NCBI GenBank assembly: GCA_004297215.1
Contig: SCUM01000002.1
Coordinates: 70,270-134,269 of the forward strand
From: Patescibacteria group bacterium
Lineage (GTDB): Bacteria > Patescibacteriota > Patescibacteriia > UBA9934 > GWF2-40-263
DNA: 64,000 bases
Direction of reading: 5' to 3'
The notes under the pieces were generated by a model that saw only the letters and a program-made list of their open reading frames with translations, had not been told where the DNA came from and ran no database searches. The stretch's first letter is position 1; the number at the start of each line of letters is the position of its first letter. A program made the translations under genes and the position numbers. This document shows, in pieces, positions 19,380 through 30,133 of the stretch.

Positions 19380-20521
19380 AGGAAGAGGAGCGGAACCGTC
19401 GAGATGAGCGCGAGGACGCGCGCGTTGGGAACTGACACGCTCGCGTGCGGCACCGCATCAAGCCAAGAGACGACGTGGAGCATGAGGGAGGAAAGGGCCC
19501 AGGCGGGGAGAGCCAGAAGGGTGATAAGGGTCGGAAGGGTTTGAAGGGTGATGGAGGCGGCGAGGGCGATGATGCCGGAAGCGATGGCGTAGGGGACAAG
19601 TGGGAGGACGACGAGGTTCGCGATCGGGGCGATGAGGGAGACGGTGCCAAAGTGCCACAAGACGATGGGCATAGTGATCGCGATCGCGGCGAGGCTCCCC
19701 GCGAGCGACTCGCGCAACCCGAACCGTTCGGGAAGGAACGCGAGGCGTTCGCCGACGGGACCGGCCCAGGCCATCATCGCGTAGGTCGCCGCGATCGAGA
19801 GCTGGAACCCGATGTCTTCGCGCAGGAGCGTGGGATCGAACGCGAGCATGAGCGTGGCGGCAAGGAGAAGCGCGTTGTGCGGGCTGGCACGGCGGCGCAT
19901 GGTCTCGCCCAGGAGCACCACGCTCCCCATGATGGCCGCGCGCACGATGGCCGCTCCGGCTCCGGCAACGAAGACGTACAAGAGGAGCAGCGCCGCGGTC
20001 ACGCGCGTCCCCCACCGGCGGCCAAGCGGGGTGGTGATGACGAAGTTGAAGAAGATGAAGGTGGTGAGCGCCACGTTGCTCCCCGACGCGGATAGGATGT
20101 GGCTCAACCCCGTGGTGCGGAACGCCTCGCGCAACCCGTCCGGGAGCGCGGAGCTGCCGCCGAAGATGAGCCCGGTGAGGAATCCGGCGTACGGCTCGGG
20201 GAGTGCCGCGGCCATGCGTTGCCCGATCCATTCCCGCAGCGCCGCGGCCTCGGGCGGCACCGGGATCGCGAGCGCCGGCGCGAACGTGCGCGCGGCGCCG
20301 AATCCGAATGCCGCTGCCATGACGCACGCGAGCAAGGCGGAGCGCGAACGGACGGACAACGCGAACGCGGCGAGCAGGATCGCGACGATCCAGGTGAATG
20401 CCGGCGACACGACGGCCAGCAGCGGCCCGAGCGCGATGCCCAAGCAAAACGCGCTGAGGACCAGCGCGAGGCTTTTCGACGGAGACGAGGCGAGGGCCTC
20501 AAGCCTGGATGCCGACCCCAT
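19355..20521 (-). CDS. comEC: ComEC competence membrane domain
   Basis: FRTTGLSHILSASGSN, RAAIMG, DIGFQLS; multiple TM segments. Confidence 0.92.
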   Translation of the reverse strand: MGSASRLEALASSPSKSLALVLSAFCLGIALGPLLAVVSPAFTWIVAILLAAFALSVRSRSALLACVMAAAFGFGAARTFAPALAIPVPPEAAALREWIGQRMAAALPEPYAGFLTGLIFGGSSALPDGLREAFRTTGLSHILSASGSNVALTTFIFFNFVITTPLGRRWGTRVTAALLLLYVFVAGAGAAIVRAAIMGSVVLLGETMRRRASPHNALLLAATLMLAFDPTLLREDIGFQLSIAATYAMMAWAGPVGERLAFLPERFGLRESLAGSLAAIAITMPIVLWHFGTVSLIAPIANLVVLPLVPYAIASGIIALAASITLQTLPTLITLLALPAWALSSLMLHVVSWLDAVPHASVSVPNARVLALISTVPLLFLWRRLRSV

Positions 20522-21794
20522 AATAGGTGAATCCCTTTTTTGGCAAACCGAGGTCCGCCAGGAGGTTTCTCCCGTCGAACACGCATGGCCCGAGGAGGCG
20601 CTCGCGCACGGCGTCGAACGACACGTCGCGGAACTCGGCCCAGTCCGTGAGCACGACGAGCGCCTCGGCGCCGTCGCAGGCGTCCACCGCCGTGGGCGCC
20701 ATGATGATGCCGTCAGGCAACGCGTCGGCGGCCGCGCTCGTGGCCTGCGGGTCGTACGCGACGATTTCCGCGCCGCGGCCATGCAACGCACGCACCACGT
20801 CGACGGCCGCCGACGCGCGCGCGTCGCCCGTTCCGCCCTTGAACGCGAGCCCCCACACGGCCAGGCGGCGTCCCTTGACGCCGCCTAGCGTTCGTTCGAG
20901 TCTTTCCACGAACCGCTCGCGCTGACGATTATTCACGTCGATGGCCGCCGAGAGCAGTCGGAAGTCGTACCCGTTCGCTCCGGCCATGCGATGCAACGCG
21001 CCCACGTCCTTGGGAAAACAGGACCCGCCGTAGCCGATGCCTGGACGCAAGAAGTCCGCGCCGATGCGCGGGTCGGATCCGAGCACGTCTTCCACATCGC
21101 GCACGTCGGCGCCCGTGCGCTCGCACAGGTTCGCCATCTCGTTGATGAAAGAAACCTTCGTCGCGAGGAAAGCGTTCGCCGCGTACTTTGCGAGCTCGGC
21201 GCTCTCGTGGGACATGATGAGTCGCGGCGCCTCGATGCCGGCATGGAGTGAGTCCACGAGCGCGCGCGTCTCCCCGTCGTCGCTGCCGATCACGACGCGA
21301 TCGGGCTGGAAGAAATCCTTTAGCGCCTGCCCTTCGCGCAGGAACTCCGGCACGCTCGCGAGCCGCACCAGGTCACCCTTCCCCGCCCGCTCGAACCGTT
21401 CGCGCAGCGCCGCGGCCGTCCCGCACGGCACCGTGCTCTTCACGATGAGCAGCAGCGGGTGCGACAGGTGCTTGGCGATGTCGTCCGCCGCCGCATGCAC
21501 GAAGGAAAGGTCCGGCGCGCCGTCCTCGCTCGGCGGCGTGCCCACGCACAGGAGCGCCGCCTCCGCGCCGTTGATGACGCTCCCGAGGTCGCCCGTGAAC
21601 ACGACGCGCCCGGCCTCCTGCATGGAGCGCAACAGCTCCGGCATCCCCGGCTCGAAGAACGGCATCCGCCCCACGTCGAGCTTGGCCACCTTCCCCGCGT
21701 CCGCGTCCACGCACGCCACCCGATGCCCGAGCTTGGCAAAGCCCAGGGCATTGGCGAGTCCCACGTATCCGCACCCCACGACGACGAGGTTCAT
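20499..21794 (-). CDS. ugd: UDP-glucose 6-dehydrogenase
   Basis: GCGYVG, KSTVP, PEFLREG, GYGGSCFPKD. Confidence 0.95.
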   Translation of the reverse strand: MNLVVVGCGYVGLANALGFAKLGHRVACVDADAGKVAKLDVGRMPFFEPGMPELLRSMQEAGRVVFTGDLGSVINGAEAALLCVGTPPSEDGAPDLSFVHAAADDIAKHLSHPLLLIVKSTVPCGTAAALRERFERAGKGDLVRLASVPEFLREGQALKDFFQPDRVVIGSDDGETRALVDSLHAGIEAPRLIMSHESAELAKYAANAFLATKVSFINEMANLCERTGADVRDVEDVLGSDPRIGADFLRPGIGYGGSCFPKDVGALHRMAGANGYDFRLLSAAIDVNNRQRERFVERLERTLGGVKGRRLAVWGLAFKGGTGDARASAAVDVVRALHGRGAEIVAYDPQATSAAADALPDGIIMAPTAVDACDGAEALVVLTDWAEFRDVSFDAVRERLLGPCVFDGRNLLADLGLPKKGFTYYGVGIQA

Positions 21795-21909
21795 ACGCGG
21801 TGAGATTAGCAAATGCGGCCCAAACGGCAAAGCCGCCCGATTCGGGCGGCTTTGGCGGTCCGGGCCCGAGCCTTTCGGCTCGCCAGCCGAAGCTCCGCAG
21901 AGCGAAGGA

Positions 21910-21933
21910 TGGTGGACCCGACGGGAATCGAAC
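21910..21933 (-). other. Isolated tRNA/tmRNA 3'-end fragment (att-like scar)
   Basis: GTTCGATTCCCGTCGGGTCCACCA with no matching 5' half upstream. Confidence 0.65.
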
Positions 21934-21944
21934 TGACACATCAG

Positions 21945-22080
21945 TGTCATCCTGAGCGGAGGCCCTCAGGCCGGAGCGAAGGACCTTGGTCTGGAGGCCA
22001 CCGGACGTTTTTCTTCGGGATGACCATCTGGGGGGTCACCGACGATGATCCTTCGTCAACCATTCAGACTCAGGATGACA
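21945..22080. repeat. Inverted pair of TGTCATCCTGAG..CGAAGGA elements (REPIN-like doublet)
   Basis: 21945-21983 forward; 22047-22080 reverse (GATCCTTCG...CTCAGGATGACA). Confidence 0.85.
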
Positions 22081-22098
22081 ATGAAAAATCGGATGATA

Positions 22099-22395
22099 TC
22101 AATACAGATTACCACTCACGTCCGCCCAGATGGGATTCATCGAATCGATAAGGGCGATCTTTTTCCTTCGGACCCATCCTTTTATTTGTTTTTCCCTAGT
22201 GATTGCCTCGTAAGCCCCGGCGGATGCTTCGAAGTAGACCAGCTTGTTCACGTTATATTTAGCCGTGAAGCCCTTCACGACCTTCTGACGATGCTCGTAT
22301 ACGCGACGGACAAGATTATTCGTGATGCCCGTATACAGCACACGGTTGGTGACATTCGTGAGGATGTAGACGAAATATTGTCGGTCGTTTGCCAT
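22099..22395 (-). CDS. Small GIY-YIG nuclease family protein
   Basis: YFVYILTN...LYTGITNNLVRRVYEH...AITREKQIKGW..NP.W; AT-richer than flanks. Confidence 0.95.
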   Translation of the reverse strand: MANDRQYFVYILTNVTNRVLYTGITNNLVRRVYEHRQKVVKGFTAKYNVNKLVYFEASAGAYEAITREKQIKGWVRRKKIALIDSMNPIWADVSGNLY

Positions 22396-22399
22396 AGAT

Positions 22400-22434
22400 G
22401 ATCCTTCGTCGGCTGAGGCCTCCTCAGGACGACA
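22400..22434 (-). repeat. Third copy of the GIY-YIG-flanking element, just upstream of the start codon
   Basis: GATCCTTCGTCGGCTGAGGCCTCCTCAGGACGACA on the + strand. Confidence 0.8.
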
Positions 22435-22606
22435 TGAGTGTCGCCTTCATGGGCCCGTTTTCCAGGCCCGGGAAAACAAAAAAGACCCCCTCAATTTGAG
22501 AAGGTCGTTTTTGTGACACCAGAGAAGTTCCCATGGAGGAACCCTTATCTGCTTAATGGCATTTCATCATGAAATCACCTTTCTGTCAACGGATGGCTGT
22601 GGATAG

Positions 22607-25030
22607 TTACACCACGATATTGATCATCCGGCCCGGGACGTAGATGACCTTCTTCGGCTTCGCGCCGGCGAGGTACTTTTCCACGTTCTCGGTGGCGAGG
22701 GCGCGAGCGACGGCTTCTTCCTGCGGCAAGTCGGGGGCAATGTCGATGGTGGCGCGCACCTTGCCGTTCACGGACACGGCTACCTTCACGATGGCGTCCT
22801 TGATGAGCGACGCGTCGGCAACGGGCCAGGACGCCTGGAACACGGACATCTTGTGCCCGAGATCCGTCCAGAGTTCTTCTGCGAGATGCGGGGCGAACGG
22901 GGCGAGGATCGTCACGAATGTCGCGAACAGACCACGCGGGACCGCCTCGACGGCGGCGAAGGCGTTCGTGCAGATCATCAGTTGGGAGATGGCCGTGTTG
23001 AACTTGAGCTGGTCGAGGTCGTCGCTCACCTTCTTGATCGTCTTGTGGACGACGCGCGAGAGCTCCGGGTCCGTCGCGTCCGCGAGCTTCGTGCGACACG
23101 CCCAGGCCTTGTCCAAGAACCGACGCACGCCAACGAGCCCTTTCGTGTCCCATGGCTTGGCATCTTCGAGCGGACCCATGAACATCTCGTACAGGCGCAA
23201 CGCGTCGGCACCATACTCGTGCACGATGTCATCCGGATTGATGACGTTCCCTTTGGACTTGCTCATCTTCTCCCCGTCGGGCCCGAGGATGAGTCCTTGG
23301 TTTCGCAGTTTGAGGAAGGGCTCGTCGAACTCCACGTAGCCGAGATCCCTGAGCGCGTAGCAGACGAATCGCGAGTACAACAAATGCAACACCGCGTGCT
23401 CGGCGCCGCCCACGTACAGGTCGACCGGCGACCAGTAGCGCAGCTTCGCCTCGTCGGCGAACACGGCGTCGTTGTGCGGATCGCAATAGCGCAGGAAATA
23501 CCACGAGGAGTCCACGAAGGTGTCCATGGTGTCGCTCTCGCGGCGCGCGGCCTTGCCGCACTTCGGGCAGTCCACATCCTGGAACGATGCCGACCGCTTG
23601 AGTGGCGACTCCCCTGTGGGCTTGAAATCCACATCGGTCGGGAGTTCGACCGGCAGCGATTTCGGCTCCACCGGCTGCGCGCCGCAGTCGTCGCACCAGA
23701 CGATCGGGATCGGCGCGCCCCAGTAGCGCTGGCGCGAGACGAGCCAGTCGCGCAGGCGGAAGAAGGTGATGCGTTTGCCACGGCCTTTCGACTCCAGTTC
23801 CGCCGCGATCGCGCCGACCGCCTCATGGCTTGTCAGGCCATTGAAACTGCCCGAGTTCGTGAGGACTCCCTCGTCGACATAGGCCTGGTCGGCCACCCGA
23901 TCGTCTTGGTTCGGACTGGCCACGACCCACTTCACCGGCAGGTCGTACTTCTTGGCGAAGGCGTAATCGCGGTCGTCGTGCGCCGGCACGCCCATCACGG
24001 CGCCGGTGCCGTAGGAGGTGAGGACGTAGTCGGAAACGTAGAGCGGCACGTCTTCGCCGGTGAGCGGATGCTTCGCGTAGGCGCCCAGGAACACGCCGCT
24101 CTTGTCACGCTCGAGCTGCGTGCGCTCGAGCTCGCTCTTCTTGCGCGCCTGGTCGCGATAGCGCACCAGCTCCTCGCGCTTCTCCTCGATGCACAACTCG
24201 TCCACGAGCGCGTGCTCGGGCGCGAGGACGACGTACGACACGCCGAACAGCGTATCCGCGCGCGTCGTGAACACCGGAATCGAAAATTCACAGTCGCCTT
24301 GCGTGCCATGGAACTCGATTTCGACCCCTTCGCTCTTGCCGATCCAGTTGCGCTGCATCGACTTGATGCGCTCGGGCCAGTCGAGCCTGTCGAGCCCCGC
24401 AAGCAGGCGGTCGGCGTACTTGGTGATGCGGAAGAACCACTGTTCCAATTCCTTTTGCACGACGACGGTCCCGCAACGGTCGCACGTCCCGTCCACCACC
24501 TGCTCGTTGGCGAGCACGGTGTGATCGGACGGGCACCAATTCACCGGCGCCTTGGCGCGATACGCCAGGTCGTTCTTGTAAAGCAGGAGGAACAGCCACT
24601 GCGTCCACTTGTAATATTCCGGATCGGCCGTCGAGATCTCGCGCGACCAGTCGAAGGAGAGCCCGAGCGACTTCATCTGCCGTCGGAAATTCTCGATGGC
24701 CGCCTTCGTGGTCTCGGCCGGATGCACGCCGGTCTTCACCGCGTAGTTCTCGGCCGGGAGCCCGAACGCGTCGTAGCCGATCGGGAACAGCACGTTCTTC
24801 CCCTGCATGCGCGCGCGGCGCGTGAGGATGTCGAGCGCGGCGTAGCTTTCCACGTGCCCCACGTGAAGCCCGGCGCCGGACGGGTACGGGAACATCACCA
24901 GGTGATAGAGCTTATCCTTCGCTCGTGCCGGATCCTCGGGAGCTTCCCCTGCCCGCCGAAGCCTTGGCGAAGGCGGGTCCCACTTCGCCTGCCATTTCTT
25001 CTCGATCGAACGATGGTCGTAGCTCGCCAT
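22607..25030 (-). CDS. leuS: Leucine--tRNA ligase
   Basis: MFPYPSG..LHVGH, SRQRYWG, KMSKS. Confidence 0.99.
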   Translation of the reverse strand: MASYDHRSIEKKWQAKWDPPSPRLRRAGEAPEDPARAKDKLYHLVMFPYPSGAGLHVGHVESYAALDILTRRARMQGKNVLFPIGYDAFGLPAENYAVKTGVHPAETTKAAIENFRRQMKSLGLSFDWSREISTADPEYYKWTQWLFLLLYKNDLAYRAKAPVNWCPSDHTVLANEQVVDGTCDRCGTVVVQKELEQWFFRITKYADRLLAGLDRLDWPERIKSMQRNWIGKSEGVEIEFHGTQGDCEFSIPVFTTRADTLFGVSYVVLAPEHALVDELCIEEKREELVRYRDQARKKSELERTQLERDKSGVFLGAYAKHPLTGEDVPLYVSDYVLTSYGTGAVMGVPAHDDRDYAFAKKYDLPVKWVVASPNQDDRVADQAYVDEGVLTNSGSFNGLTSHEAVGAIAAELESKGRGKRITFFRLRDWLVSRQRYWGAPIPIVWCDDCGAQPVEPKSLPVELPTDVDFKPTGESPLKRSASFQDVDCPKCGKAARRESDTMDTFVDSSWYFLRYCDPHNDAVFADEAKLRYWSPVDLYVGGAEHAVLHLLYSRFVCYALRDLGYVEFDEPFLKLRNQGLILGPDGEKMSKSKGNVINPDDIVHEYGADALRLYEMFMGPLEDAKPWDTKGLVGVRRFLDKAWACRTKLADATDPELSRVVHKTIKKVSDDLDQLKFNTAISQLMICTNAFAAVEAVPRGLFATFVTILAPFAPHLAEELWTDLGHKMSVFQASWPVADASLIKDAIVKVAVSVNGKVRATIDIAPDLPQEEAVARALATENVEKYLAGAKPKKVIYVPGRMINIVV

Positions 25031-25033
25031 AGG

Positions 25034-25375
25034 TCACGACTCCTGGCCGCCCTCTATCGTGCCGCCCGCTTCCATCCAGCCCATGAACCCGCCCATGAGA
25101 CAGCGCGCGTCGGCGTACCCGGCCTTGGTGGCAATCTCGCACAGCGTCTTCACGTGCGCGTCATCCGCCTCGTGGTCGGCGTAGAGCACCAGATGCGCGT
25201 CCGTGCCGAGGGCCGCCGCGGAAAGCGAGGTACCGAAATCGTCGGTCGCCGGGGCGTTGATGGCTCCGGGCACGTGCTTTTCGGCGTATCGCGCGGGCGG
25301 ACGCACGTCCAGGACGGTCAAGCCCCCGTCCTTGGCCATGATCTCCTTGAGCTGCGCAGCGGTGATGGTCTTCAT
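25034..25375 (-). CDS. Rhodanese-like domain protein
   Basis: VLDVR..HVPGAIN, LMGGFMGW. Confidence 0.85.
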   Translation of the reverse strand: MKTITAAQLKEIMAKDGGLTVLDVRPPARYAEKHVPGAINAPATDDFGTSLSAAALGTDAHLVLYADHEADDAHVKTLCEIATKAGYADARCLMGGFMGWMEAGGTIEGGQES

Positions 25376-25395
25376 ACCTCCGAAGGGTATCCCTT

Positions 25396-26322
25396 CTATC
25401 CCTTGCTTGCCAGCCACCGTTCGGCCTCGAGGGCGGCGGCGCAGCCGGTGCCGGCGGCGGTGATGGCCTGGCGGTACACGTAATCGGCCACGTCGCCTGA
25501 GGCGAATACGCCGTCGACGCTCGTCTGCCGCGTCCCCGGCTTGAGGACGACGTATCCTTTCTCGTCGAGCTCGACCTGGCCCTTGAAGATTTCGGTGTTG
25601 GGCTTGTGGCCGATCGCCACGAACAGGCCGTCGGCGGACAGGTCGCCGGCCGCCTTCGTCTTGTTGCCCATCGTCTTCACGCCGGTCATCTTCTTCCCGT
25701 CGCCGACGACCTCGGTGATGCTCGTGCCGAACAGGAACGCGACCTTGGGATTTTTCATCGCCCGCTCGGACATGATCTTGCTGGCGCGCAGCTCGCTCCC
25801 GCGCACGAGCACGGTGACGGAGCTCGCGAAGCGCGTCAGGAAATCCGCCTCCTCCATGGCCGCGTCCCCGCCGCCCGCCACCAGCACCTTCTTGTCACGG
25901 AAGAAGAACCCGTCGCAGGTGGCGCACGCGCTCACGCCGCGGCCGGAATATTCCGTTTCTCCAGGAATGCCGAGCCACTTGGCCGAAGCGCCGGTCGAGA
26001 TGATGACCGATTCGGCTTTCATCTCCTGGCCTGCCGTGCGCACGATGAACGGGCGCGCCGAGAAATCGACGGACACGACGTCGTCCGCGACGAGCTTGGT
26101 GCCGAACCGTTCGGCTTGTTTTCGAAAAAGCGGCATGAGCTCCGGACCTTGGATGCCGTCCGGAAACCCCGGGAAGTTCTCCACCTCGGTCGTGAGCATG
26201 AGCTGCCCGCCGGCCTTGAGCCCCTCGAACAAGACGGGCGCGAGCATGGCGCGGGCGGCATACATCGCGGCCGTGTACCCCGACGGCCCGCTGCCGATGA
26301 TGACAAGCTTCTCAGGAATCAC
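25396..26322 (-). CDS. trxB: Thioredoxin reductase
   Basis: GSGPSG, CATCDG, QAITAAG. Confidence 0.98.
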   Translation of the reverse strand: MIPEKLVIIGSGPSGYTAAMYAARAMLAPVLFEGLKAGGQLMLTTEVENFPGFPDGIQGPELMPLFRKQAERFGTKLVADDVVSVDFSARPFIVRTAGQEMKAESVIISTGASAKWLGIPGETEYSGRGVSACATCDGFFFRDKKVLVAGGGDAAMEEADFLTRFASSVTVLVRGSELRASKIMSERAMKNPKVAFLFGTSITEVVGDGKKMTGVKTMGNKTKAAGDLSADGLFVAIGHKPNTEIFKGQVELDEKGYVVLKPGTRQTSVDGVFASGDVADYVYRQAITAAGTGCAAALEAERWLASKG

Positions 26323-26393
26323 AGGGGGTAGGGGGTAGTGCGTAGGGGGTAGGCGAAAATTACCTACGCACTACCAACTACGGACTACGCACT
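26322..26393. repeat. Inverted heptamer arrays (GGGGTAG / CTACGCA-like)
   Basis: GGGGTAG-GGGGTAG-TGCGTAG-GGGGTAG then CTACGCA-CTACCAA-CTACGGA-CTACGCA. Confidence 0.75.
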
Positions 26394-26713
26394 TAAAGGT
26401 GTTTCTGCAATCTCGCCTTCAATGCCTCTTTCGCCATGGTGCCGGAAAACTGGTCCACGGGCTGGCCGCCCTTGAAGATGATGAAGGTGGGGATGGAAAG
26501 CACGTTGAACCGCTGGGCGAGCGACGGATGCTCGTCCACGTTGAGCTTGGCCACGAGCGCGTCCGGCACCTCGCCGGCGACCGTATCCACGAGCGGGCTC
26601 ATGGTCTTGCACGGGCCGCACCAAGGGGCCCAGAAATCCACGAGCACCGGCTTGCCGCCCTGCAGCACGTTCTGGTCGAAGTTCTCCGCCGTGAGGATGA
26701 GTTCGTTGGACAT
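26393..26713 (-). CDS. trxA: Thioredoxin
   Basis: DFWAPWCGPC. Confidence 0.98.
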   Translation of the reverse strand: MSNELILTAENFDQNVLQGGKPVLVDFWAPWCGPCKTMSPLVDTVAGEVPDALVAKLNVDEHPSLAQRFNVLSIPTFIIFKGGQPVDQFSGTMAKEALKARLQKHL

Positions 26714-26716
26714 AGG

Positions 26717-28738
<2,022 letters not shown>

Positions 28739-28800
28739 GGCGGGGAGGATACGGGAACGAAGGGTTTCCGTCAACGAAAATGACCCCAAAATCACCTGGG

Positions 28801-28837
28801 GTCATCCTGAGCCCCGACGTGATGTCGGGACGAAGGA
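28801..28837 (+). repeat. Dispersed copy of the GTCATCCTGAG..CGAAGGA element
   Basis: GTCATCCTGAGC-CCCGAC-GTGAT-GTCGGG-ACGAAGGA. Confidence 0.8.
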
Positions 28838-28868
28838 ACTTCCCGTTTCCGGGCCGACTCTTCGATGC

Positions 28869-29324
28869 CTAGCGTTTCACGGAAATGCTCGCGGCGAGCT
28901 CCGGATCGCAAGCGACCACCTCGACCGCGCCGGAAACCTGGAGGTTGACCGCATACCGGGTGTTGCCAGATGAGCCGGTGAGCGGATCGAACGGCAATCG
29001 CCCGAGCGCTTCGCCGAGGTCGGCGCAGGCGCTTCCGGTGACGACCGTGCCGCAGGAGCGTTCGCATCCGGACCGATCGGTGCCCAATACCTGGAACCCG
29101 GACGGATCGGCATCGAAGGCGCCCGGATACGCGCCGCCGTGCTCCTGCGCGTAGGAGACCGCGGCCATGAGCACCTCGCGCACGTCTCGGCGGCGGGCAG
29201 CGTCGCGGGCCTGGCTCAAACGCCGGGCGGGGTCGATGGCGGCCACGACGGCAATGAACAGGACGGCGACCACCCCGACGATGACCAGGACCTCCTTATT
29301 CGTGAAGCCCCGCACGTCCTTCAT
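28869..29324 (-). CDS. Type IV pilin-like protein
   Basis: [11 protein letters not shown] class III-like signal, ARDAARRRD, disulfide-capable Cys. Confidence 0.8.
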   Translation of the reverse strand: MKDVRGFTNKEVLVIVGVVAVLFIAVVAAIDPARRLSQARDAARRRDVREVLMAAVSYAQEHGGAYPGAFDADPSGFQVLGTDRSGCERSCGTVVTGSACADLGEALGRLPFDPLTGSSGNTRYAVNLQVSGAVEVVACDPELAASISVKR

Positions 29325-29716
29325 AGGGCCGCGGCGTGCGACTTGATCTTCTTCACCATCTCGGAAAGCGAATAGTCGGCCTTCACCAGGTATTCGCGCA
29401 CGCCCAGCTTCTCGATCTGGTCGATGTCCTCCTGTTGTCCGAGGTTCGAGAGGACCACCACCGCGAGCTTGGCCGTGGACGCGTTCTTGCGGATCTCGGT
29501 GAGCACCTCGAACCCGCTCTTCTTGGGGAGGATGAGGTCGAGCAGCACCAGGACGGGCTTGAGGCTCCCGACCTGGTCGATGGCCGATTGCCCGTCGGAG
29601 GCCACGGTCACGTCGAACCCTTCGTCGGACAGGCGCTGGGACAGCACCTTGTAGAGGAAGGGGTCGTCCTCCACGAGGAGGATTTTCTGTTGTTTGGAGG
29701 CTGGCACACGGGTCAC
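29321..29716 (-). CDS. Single-domain response regulator
   Basis: LLVEDD, LLDLILP, LSN, YLVKA. Confidence 0.93.
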   Translation of the reverse strand: MTRVPASKQQKILLVEDDPFLYKVLSQRLSDEGFDVTVASDGQSAIDQVGSLKPVLVLLDLILPKKSGFEVLTEIRKNASTAKLAVVVLSNLGQQEDIDQIEKLGVREYLVKADYSLSEMVKKIKSHAAAL

Positions 29717-30111
29717 CCTTTCAATAATTTAGCGACGGCATCATACAGCGTTTCCGGCGAGATGGTGGTCTTCACCAGGTACATGTGGGCGCCCAGCGTG
29801 AGGCCGCGGCGCTGTTCGAAATCCTGGTCGAGGCTCGAGAGGATCACCACGGGAAGCTTCTCGGTCTTCGGGTTCCTCCGGATCTCGGTGAGCACCTCGA
29901 ACCCGTCCTTCTTGGGGAGCAGCACGTCGAGCACGAGGGCCGCGGGCGCCTCATGGAACGCCATCTGGATGCCCGTGAGGCCGTTGTCGGCCGTGATCAC
30001 CTCGTATCCCTTGGCCTTGAGCCAGGTCGCGTACATCTCGCGCAACGCCTGTTCGTCCTCGACGACGAGGATGCGGGTCTTGTGGTGGGTCGTTGGTTTC
30101 TTCAAGGCCAT
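29713..30111 (-). CDS. Single-domain response regulator
   Basis: LVVEDE, VLDVLLP, YLVK; start at MALKKP. Confidence 0.92.
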   Translation of the reverse strand: MALKKPTTHHKTRILVVEDEQALREMYATWLKAKGYEVITADNGLTGIQMAFHEAPAALVLDVLLPKKDGFEVLTEIRRNPKTEKLPVVILSSLDQDFEQRRGLTLGAHMYLVKTTISPETLYDAVAKLLKG

Positions 30112-30133
30112 ACGTCGGCAAGTATATCCCAAG

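Noticed and set aside
21910-22480. Complete tmRNA or intron-containing tRNA spanning the GIY-YIG gene
   Set aside because: No matching 5' acceptor strand, tag frame or group I core could be identified.
26322-26393. CRISPR-like array (also 46291-46428 and 52935-53027)
   Set aside because: Units are 7-9 bp without unique spacers, and no cas genes are present.
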